IMG/VR virus record: IMGVR_UViG_3300035164_000463
Location: 1 to 29,188 of that record
Source: a virus
Taxonomy: Duplodnaviria > Caudoviricetes
Direction: 5' to 3' (one strand)
Length of the DNA stretch: 29,188 nt
The first letter of the stretch is position 1; the number at the start of each line of letters is the position of its first letter. The notes under the pieces are model-generated. The model made no database searches. It was not told where the DNA came from and saw only the letters and a list, made by a program, of their open reading frames with translations. Shown in pieces: positions 23,475 to 29,188 of this stretch. Both the position numbers and the translations under genes were made by a program.

Positions 23475-24575
23475 TTAATTAATCCCTGCAAGTCTTCTTA
23501 TGTCTATCACATTGTCTGTGTTAGACGAACCTGCATCTATGTCATTGTTTTCTTTATTGCCTGTTACTTGTGTGCCTTCTGTTAACGTCGCCTTAGTTTC
23601 CTTCGCTGGAGTGTTTCCTGCAATCACGCTAGGCATGTACTTGTCAAATTGTTTGTGCAATTTGTCAGTCTGTACAGATTCCAGCAAGTCTTCCATGATC
23701 TCTTTTTGCTTCTTGTTTAAAGGAGCAAGAAGTTCATTCATAACTTGTTGTCTTTTAGCTGAATCATTAGCTTTCTTAATTTCAGCATCTTTGCTTTCAA
23801 CTAATTTAGCTTTTTCAACTGCTTCAACTTTAGCTTCAGCTAATTGCTTATCCTTCAAATCTACAATTTTAAGTAGTTTTGCAGTTTCGGACTTCTCATT
23901 AAGATAGCTGTTTGAATACTCTGAAGCAAAAGATTCAAAAATCTTTCTTCCAAAATCATTCTTACGTGCTGACTCAATATCTTCTTTAAGTTGAGAAATT
24001 TCTTTGTGAAGACCTTTCTCTACTGTTTCTGCTACTATTCTTGTCGCATCTTTGATGAACTTGCCCTTAACTTTAGCTAGATGTTCTTTGGCTTCACGTA
24101 CTAAACGTACCTTTGTTTCTGCCAAGTCTTTTTTATCTTCGTAAAACTCTGCTATCTCTTTTGATAGGGAATCAACTATGAAATCTTCCAATCTTTGGAA
24201 CTTGTTAGCCATAGACTTTTGATCTTCGTGTAATTCACCGATCTCTTTGCCTAGTTGTTGCACAACAAAAGATTTTAGTAGATCTGCATTTTCACGCATT
24301 GCTACGGCATATTTTGCTCTTGCTTCACCTAGTTTATTTCGATCTTCTGCGAATTCAGTAATTTCTGCACCAAGTCTTTCTTCAAGCATTTTATCAATGG
24401 CTTCCACCATTGTAGCTTTATCATGCTCATACTTTTGTGCAAATTCTTCACGAAGTTCAGCTGTAGCTTCAAGTCGATTTTCTCTAATCTTCTTGTCCCA
24501 AGCCTGTTCGATTTCTGCTCTGATTTCCTCTGAAATTGCATTATTTTCAAAGAGTTGTTTCAGTGCATCTAACAT
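23475..24575 (-). CDS. gp22: Prohead core scaffolding protein, T4 gp22-like
   Basis: Lies between protease and capsid genes; long Glu/Lys-rich coiled coil; ends IRRLAGIN; AGGAG SD. Confidence 0.8.
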   Translation of the reverse strand: MLDALKQLFENNAISEEIRAEIEQAWDKKIRENRLEATAELREEFAQKYEHDKATMVEAIDKMLEERLGAEITEFAEDRNKLGEARAKYAVAMRENADLLKSFVVQQLGKEIGELHEDQKSMANKFQRLEDFIVDSLSKEIAEFYEDKKDLAETKVRLVREAKEHLAKVKGKFIKDATRIVAETVEKGLHKEISQLKEDIESARKNDFGRKIFESFASEYSNSYLNEKSETAKLLKIVDLKDKQLAEAKVEAVEKAKLVESKDAEIKKANDSAKRQQVMNELLAPLNKKQKEIMEDLLESVQTDKLHKQFDKYMPSVIAGNTPAKETKATLTEGTQVTGNKENNDIDAGSSNTDNVIDIRRLAGIN

Positions 24576-24591
24576 TTTGTTTTCTCCTAAA

Positions 24592-25224
24592 TTATTGGAG
24601 ACCGTTGATAATGTTGACCAACGATTCCTTTAAATATCTCTGAGCCTTTTCATCGCCATGTAATTCACGAGCCATATTCATTGCCTTATAACCACCTTTG
24701 TTGTTCAACAAATGCTCGTAAATTGGAGTTGGATAAGCCCCAGGAGCACTTGGTTGTGCGACACAGTCAACAGTTATAATTTCAAACTCGCTGACTTCTC
24801 CGCTACCGTCTTCTTTAACGTTTCCCGAACCCCTAGATGAGACACCAATTTTCACATTGCTTTTAATCATTGTGTCAATTATCTGTCCCATCGGAGTTGG
24901 AATTACTTTTAATTTTCCATAACCATTTGGTCCGTCCATCCACATTTCGGTGATCATATGTGAAACACGATCCAAGTTTATGTTGAGTCCTTCAGGATGG
25001 TCAACTTCTCCAAGTACACTATATCCGCCTTTTATCTGATCGTTGAGCGTGTTGACAGCTCTACCGATTTCAGTAACAGGATATACTCTTTGATTAGCAT
25101 TCCTTACACCACCTTGGATGCAAATACCTTTCAAATACAGGTCCTTACCACCTGATTCGTTTTCGGTATGCTCCACGACCATCTTTGCTTGATCGAATGA
25201 TAGTGTCTCTCTTAAGTGTAACAT
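24592..25224 (-). CDS. gp21: Prohead maturation protease, T4 gp21-like
   Basis: 'L.GICIQ..VRNAN.RVYP', 'LGEVDHP...INLDRVSHMI', 'TPMGQI', 'GVSSRGSG', 'D.VAQPSAPGAY' (His, Ser and Asp motifs of the gp21 family). Confidence 0.95.
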   Translation of the reverse strand: MLHLRETLSFDQAKMVVEHTENESGGKDLYLKGICIQGGVRNANQRVYPVTEIGRAVNTLNDQIKGGYSVLGEVDHPEGLNINLDRVSHMITEMWMDGPNGYGKLKVIPTPMGQIIDTMIKSNVKIGVSSRGSGNVKEDGSGEVSEFEIITVDCVAQPSAPGAYPTPIYEHLLNNKGGYKAMNMARELHGDEKAQRYLKESLVNIINGLQ

Positions 25225-25242
25225 CTACCTTTTAGTCCTCAA

Positions 25243-26241
25243 TTAGCTACCGACAACACTCTTTGTGTCAGCACCTGTTTCGCCTGCGCCTTTTTTCTCA
25301 GCGCCGTGGCCTTTAGCATTTTTCATTGACTTTGAAGCTTTGCCGCCTGGTACGTTAACATTGCCTGCATTATCTTCTTTTGCAGTCATTGCCGAACCAC
25401 CAGTTGCACCTTCTCCGCCTGCGTTCAAGTTAGAAGCACTTCCACCCATGTTATTAGCACTTGCTACAGGGCTTTTTGCTTTGTTGTCTTCGCCTTTTGG
25501 CATAGCAACTTTTTCTACATATTCACGCATTTGTTCAGCTTGTGATTTTTTACCTTCAAAAGGCATTTCTTCAGCTGTTTCCATGCTAAGATCGGAAGCT
25601 GGCTCAATTGCCTCGTCTTCCTTCTCTTCATCACCCATGTCCATGTCAGCGGCATCGTCGTCATCCATATCGCCGTCGTCGCCATCTTTGTCAGCCATCA
25701 TTTTTTCAAATTCAGCTTTTAGGTCATCAAGAGCATCTTCTAGGTCAACAACGCGATCTTCTATTTCTTCTGCATCGTCGCCCATTTCACCTTCGTCGCC
25801 ATCTTCCATGTCATCGACCATGTCATCTGCCGCATCACCGCCCATCATTGGGTCAGCTTCTGGTGTAATTTCTCCAAAATTTTCGTCAGTTTTTTCGTCT
25901 GTAGCTTCTTCTACGTCTTCATCTGAAGCTTCATCTACGTCTTCGTCGGAAGCTTCGTCTACTTCCTCGTCTGAATCTTCTTTAACTTCATCTTCGTTTG
26001 AAGCTTCATCTACTTCTTCGTCTGACTCTTCTTTCATTTTCTTGTCGTCTTTTTTCTCTTTTTTATCTTTATCATGAGAAGCTTCGTCGACTTCAAGATC
26101 TTCAAGATCTGACTCTAGCATCTTTTCATAAATGCCACGAGATTTTTCAATTACAAATTCATGAAATAACGCATCTGCACCGTCGCGATCGTTATTAACA
26201 AGTTTTTCGAGCATCTGCTCTAATTTAGATTTATCTGCCAT
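25243..26241 (-). CDS. Highly acidic prohead core/internal protein (332 aa), in the position of T4 gp67/gp68
   Basis: Asp/Glu-rich low-complexity centre with tandem SDE(E/D)VDEA repeats, a short coiled coil (IEDRVVDLEDALDDLKAEFEKMM) and a Gly/Lys-rich tail; AGGAG SD. Confidence 0.75.
   Translation of the reverse strand: MADKSKLEQMLEKLVNNDRDGADALFHEFVIEKSRGIYEKMLESDLEDLEVDEASHDKDKKEKKDDKKMKEESDEEVDEASNEDEVKEDSDEEVDEASDEDVDEASDEDVEEATDEKTDENFGEITPEADPMMGGDAADDMVDDMEDGDEGEMGDDAEEIEDRVVDLEDALDDLKAEFEKMMADKDGDDGDMDDDDAADMDMGDEEKEDEAIEPASDLSMETAEEMPFEGKKSQAEQMREYVEKVAMPKGEDNKAKSPVASANNMGGSASNLNAGGEGATGGSAMTAKEDNAGNVNVPGGKASKSMKNAKGHGAEKKGAGETGADTKSVVGS
25880..26030 (-). repeat. Degenerate 24-bp (8-aa) tandem repeat encoding SDE(E/D)VDEA
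   Basis: Plus-strand units such as gaagcttcatctacgtcttcgtcg and gaagcttcgtctacttcctcgtct; about 6 units. Confidence 0.8.
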
Positions 26242-26283
26242 TTTTTTCTCCTGTTATGGTTGTTTGGTAAGGCTGTCTAGTAT

Positions 26284-26291
26284 TATTTACA
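26284..26291 (-). promoter_or_regulatory. Late-promoter-like box TGTAAATA upstream of the head operon
   Basis: 7/8 match to TATAAATA, about 40 nt upstream of ATG 26241. Confidence 0.5.
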
Positions 26292-26296
26292 CTTTT

Positions 26297-26325
26297 ATTA
26301 TAAAACACGTTGAAAATGGTGTCAA
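26297..26325 (-). promoter_or_regulatory. Perfect consensus sigma70 promoter TTGACA-N17-TATAAT upstream of core/protease/scaffold/capsid genes
   Basis: -35 at 26320-26325, -10 at 26297-26302, spacer CCATTTTCAACGTGTTT (17 nt). Confidence 0.75.
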
Positions 26326-26343
26326 AACAGGCTTTTTTGACAC
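26319..26343. repeat. 9-bp inverted repeat GTGTCAAAA-N7-TTTTGACAC overlapping the -35 box (operator-like or hairpin)
   Basis: Read directly; each arm contains TTGACA, one on each strand. Confidence 0.7.
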
Positions 26344-26347
26344 TAGA

Positions 26348-26947
26348 TTACATATCATAGTATCTTTTGAACTCACTTACAGTAATGTGAGAGCAATTTG
26401 CAACTTTTTTTAGTTGCTTAGGAATAAAATCGTCTTTATCTTCTACTATCCTTATGTACCTTGTACCTGCATGTGATTCGCAAGTTGACGCAGTCTGCCT
26501 CTCCCAATTACCAAAATATGTTGCCGGTTCATGTGACTTTTTGTAATTTTGCGTTCCTGCGTACAAATTATTTACCTTTGTTCTCTCACCTTTTTCGTCT
26601 TGTTTTCCATGAAAATCAAAACCTAATATGTAAATTGTATCATGTCCGTGTGTGCTTGCCAACCATAAAGCAGTTGGACCACTGCTCCAGCCTTTGCTTG
26701 GTTGGAAAAAATTGAATCCTTCAAAGCCGTGATATGCTTTGTTAGGATTAGTCCATACTTCATTTTCCATTTGCCATTTGTGGTGATTGATCTCTAATAT
26801 CATTTTGACATCAACTGCAACAAGGTAATCTGGTTGATAATGTCTATACACTGCATTGCAGGCATAGACTTTGCCGTATTGTTTTAAGGAGTATAGATCA
26901 ATGTCTTTCCGACTCTCGCCATTTCCTATAACGAAAGCTACTGTCAT
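26348..26947 (-). CDS. CstII/Maf (GT42/DUF115)-like glycosyltransferase-fold protein
   Basis: 'AFVIGNGESRKDIDL', 'VYACNAVY', 'PDYLVAVD', 'WSSGPTALWLA', 'IYILGFDF' parallel Campylobacter CstII motifs (GNGPSL; F(R)CNQFY; TSG; IYLSGIDF). Confidence 0.65.
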   Translation of the reverse strand: MTVAFVIGNGESRKDIDLYSLKQYGKVYACNAVYRHYQPDYLVAVDVKMILEINHHKWQMENEVWTNPNKAYHGFEGFNFFQPSKGWSSGPTALWLASTHGHDTIYILGFDFHGKQDEKGERTKVNNLYAGTQNYKKSHEPATYFGNWERQTASTCESHAGTRYIRIVEDKDDFIPKQLKKVANCSHITVSEFKRYYDM

Positions 26948-26959
26948 TAGCTAACCTCT

Positions 26960-27202
26960 TTATACTGCTTCTGGTTGTGATTGAATTCCGTACATCTGTC
27001 TGACAAATTCTAATTCTTTTTCTGTTTCTTCAGCATGAATTTCAGACATCTTACGAGCTTTGTTGATTTGTCTAAGTGTTAATCTAGTTTTGCGTGTATC
27101 ATCACGCTTCACAATACTTTCGTCATCGGTAGCATCATAAGTCTTATCTTCGATAGGCTCGATTGTTTCTTTGTCAAAATAAAATATTTCTCTTAGTATC
27201 AT
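26960..27202 (-). CDS. Small head-morphogenesis-associated protein (80 aa)
   Basis: Immediately downstream of portal; MILRE start; basic helix 'RKTRLTLRQINKARK'; CATAAATA late-like box at 27208-27215. Confidence 0.7.
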   Translation of the reverse strand: MILREIFYFDKETIEPIEDKTYDATDDESIVKRDDTRKTRLTLRQINKARKMSEIHAEETEKELEFVRQMYGIQSQPEAV

Positions 27203-27210
27203 ACTATTAT

Positions 27211-28953
27211 TTATGCTTCCGGGTCGGGAGCGCCACCTGGGGCATCTCCTACACCAGCATCTCCTCCTGCACCTGTTGTATCAGTTGCGCCTGCGGTTAC
27301 TGACGGATCAGCATCATCTGGTGGTGTGTCTGTTGCATTGTCTAAATCTGAACCAATGCCTGCACCACTAATACCTGCACCTCTCATTTCACCTTGTGCG
27401 TCAGTTGGTTTTTGTTGTAGTGTTTCGTCATTTTCTTCTTTCCAATATCTTTCATTTTCGGCAAGTTCAGCATCTGACATTCCTAAGAAACGTTTCATTG
27501 CATATCTATTGCTTATGAAAGGTATTGCTTGTATCTGTGCAAAAGTTCCTATTCTTTGATTATCTAATTCAGATTGCCTATAACTTGCAAAATTTTGTGG
27601 CGGTTGAAATAGTAAATCAAACATTGCAATATCAATATTAACACCTTTTTCTAATAGATATCTTTTGAATTCTTGATTAAACACTTCTACAAGCAAGTTT
27701 TGTAGTCTTTCACAGTATTTGTTAAAACGCAATTCTTGTATATAAGCTGTACCTACTCTACCGTCATTAAACTGTGCTTGGCCTTCGTCTTGTGCGGCCG
27801 CTGGTAAGTATGAACTTGGAATACGCAAACCACGTACTAGTTTGTTAGTAAAATATTTAAGGTCATCAATTTCACCTAAGTTTGTTCCGCCAGGTAGTGT
27901 TTCAACTTTAGATCCACGTCCTTCTGCTGTTTGCGGAAAAAAGTAATCTTCATTTGTGGATAGAGGATTGTATGCACTGTCTATGACAGATGTACCGCCT
28001 CCTGTCTTTGATGGTATCCTTCTTTGATGTATCTCAGTTTTGACTCTTTCAACAAACTGCATCGCAAGGTGTGATGGCATATTTCCTACATCAACATAAA
28101 ACACTCTTCTTTCTGGTGCTCTTTGTGTTCTGTAAATAATAATAGCGTCTTCAAGTAATTCTTTTTGTTTGTAAACTTTAAAAATACTTTCTAGCAATGA
28201 ATTACCAAACGGTGCATTGTTGTCTAATCCTTCTGACAAACTTAAATGTACCATGTGTTCAGCACTCACGGCAATTTCTTTATTTTTATCTATGCCAAAT
28301 CTTGATGAACTGCTCTGTGTTTGTGTGTTTCCTACCATACCTCTTACACCACCTGTAAGATATCCGTCACCGCCGCCGGTAACGTTTCCGTTTGTGGTAT
28401 AAGGTGTAGTAGCAACTTTGTCTGTAAAATTTAAATTAATATCTTTTACAATATATTGCTCGGGCTTTTTGCCTTCTGATTCATTTACAATAATGCTAGA
28501 AACTTTTGCCGGATCAACATGAAACCAAGTTTTTGTTTCTGGATCTCTAATAAAGAAAGCATCGCCAAATTTAAATACATTACGCACAATCTTGAATATG
28601 CGTGTTTCAAAATTATTCTGTTTATGCCATTGTTGTAAGTATTGTTCTATTACTTTTATTTCTGATCCTGTTGCTTTGGATTTGAAATCTATAGTGAATG
28701 CTGTTTTATTTTGTGCGTTTTGCTGTGTACAAAACTCTGCTAAAATATCAAGTGCCGCGTTTACTTCTGAGTCTTGATCCATTACATTATATTGTCCGTA
28801 ACGTTCAACTCTGTTTGGAGCACCAGTGTATACATCTGGTAAGAAACTTGAATAGTTTGTTCTAGCTGGACCTGGTTGTGATCCTGTCATCGATAAAGGA
28901 CTGCTTGATCCTCCTTCTGTTTCTATAGATGTAAAATGTCTCTTCCAACTCAT
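27211..28953 (-). CDS. gp20: Portal vertex protein, T4 gp20-like
   Basis: 'Y..MDQDSEVNAALDI', 'LLEDAIIIYRTQRAPERRVFYVDVGNMP', 'EDYFFP....GRGSKVETLPGGTNLGEIDDLKYF..KL.RGLRIPSSYL', 'ELRFNKYCERLQ'. Confidence 0.95.
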   Translation of the reverse strand: MSWKRHFTSIETEGGSSSPLSMTGSQPGPARTNYSSFLPDVYTGAPNRVERYGQYNVMDQDSEVNAALDILAEFCTQQNAQNKTAFTIDFKSKATGSEIKVIEQYLQQWHKQNNFETRIFKIVRNVFKFGDAFFIRDPETKTWFHVDPAKVSSIIVNESEGKKPEQYIVKDINLNFTDKVATTPYTTNGNVTGGGDGYLTGGVRGMVGNTQTQSSSSRFGIDKNKEIAVSAEHMVHLSLSEGLDNNAPFGNSLLESIFKVYKQKELLEDAIIIYRTQRAPERRVFYVDVGNMPSHLAMQFVERVKTEIHQRRIPSKTGGGTSVIDSAYNPLSTNEDYFFPQTAEGRGSKVETLPGGTNLGEIDDLKYFTNKLVRGLRIPSSYLPAAAQDEGQAQFNDGRVGTAYIQELRFNKYCERLQNLLVEVFNQEFKRYLLEKGVNIDIAMFDLLFQPPQNFASYRQSELDNQRIGTFAQIQAIPFISNRYAMKRFLGMSDAELAENERYWKEENDETLQQKPTDAQGEMRGAGISGAGIGSDLDNATDTPPDDADPSVTAGATDTTGAGGDAGVGDAPGGAPDPEA

Positions 28954-28972
28954 TTATTTTTCCTAACCATTA

Positions 28973-29188
28973 TTAACTTGCTATGTGTATATTTCCATTT
29001 AGAGCGTCTAGTTTTCTATTTGTTTTTTTGGTTTCTGCAACAAGTTCCATAATGGCACTATTACTTATGCCTCCTCCAGTATAGCCGCCTTTAGTTCCGG
29101 TATCGGCTTCTGCTTTAGCAGTTGCTATTGCTTCTTCAGATGGTTTTTCAATCTGTGAAAGCATTGTTGACGGATCTGCTGTTACACT
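28973..29188 (-). CDS. 3' end of an unknown gene entering from the right edge
   Basis: The frame is open from the edge (SVTADPSTMLSQ...) to TAA at 28973, so the listed 63-aa ORF is probably a C-terminal fragment. Confidence 0.6.
   Translation of the reverse strand, partial: SVTADPSTMLSQIEKPSEEAIATAKAEADTGTKGGYTGGGISNSAIMELVAETKKTNRKLDALNGNIHIAS

Noticed and set aside
23465-23491. 394-aa version of the capsid ORF
   Set aside because: TTG start overlaps the gp22 end; ATG 23464 has a strong AAGGAG SD.
25880-26030. CRISPR-like array
   Set aside because: In-frame degenerate coding repeats without unique spacers.
25265-26077. 270-aa plus-strand Ser-rich ORF
   Set aside because: Antisense shadow of the Asp/Glu-rich gene (GAA/GAT/GAC codons read as Ser/Phe/Ile/Val on the other strand); no SD or promoter.
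946-28777. Numerous 60-135 aa plus-strand ORFs and short out-of-frame minus-strand ORFs
   Set aside because: Nearly all lie within long minus-strand genes, mostly with non-ATG starts and no SD; expected shadows of biased codon usage.
27211-28953. Intein or intron explaining the long portal gene
   Set aside because: No intein splice motifs or homing endonuclease; extra length is low-complexity Gly/Thr and Gly/Asp sequence.
1-29188. Stop-codon reassignment as in some large phages
   Set aside because: ORFs are long and dense in the standard code, and TAG ends genes normally (12224, 21225).

Overview
AT-rich segment of a large T4-like (T4 gp20/gp21/gp22/gp23 superfamily) tailed dsDNA phage, probably aquatic. 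Every credible gene is on the minus strand. In transcription order (right to left): the end of an unknown gene, then portal (gp20-like), an 80-aa protein, a CstII/Maf-like glycosyltransferase-fold protein, a very acidic prohead-core-like protein, prohead protease (gp21), scaffold (gp22) and major capsid protein (gp23). Next come an unannotated 48-aa membrane protein and a non-coding unit of about 250 nt with its own sigma70 promoter and terminator (putative structured ncRNA). The remaining ~21 kb encode virion fibre/appendage proteins: two paralogous pairs of giant beta-rich proteins (1078/1240 aa and 1857/1610 aa) with different inserted domains, three paralogous ~110-aa partner proteins, and a Cys-rich gene cut by the left edge. 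T4-late-type (T/G/A/C)ATAAATA boxes precede many genes. The strongest leads are the stand-alone ncRNA, a perfect sigma70 promoter with a palindromic -35 in front of the head operon, the glycosyltransferase inside the head operon, two structured 5' leaders, and the N-terminal arrays of 8 carbohydrate-binding-like repeats on the giant fibres. All assignments come from reading motifs by eye; no database search was run.
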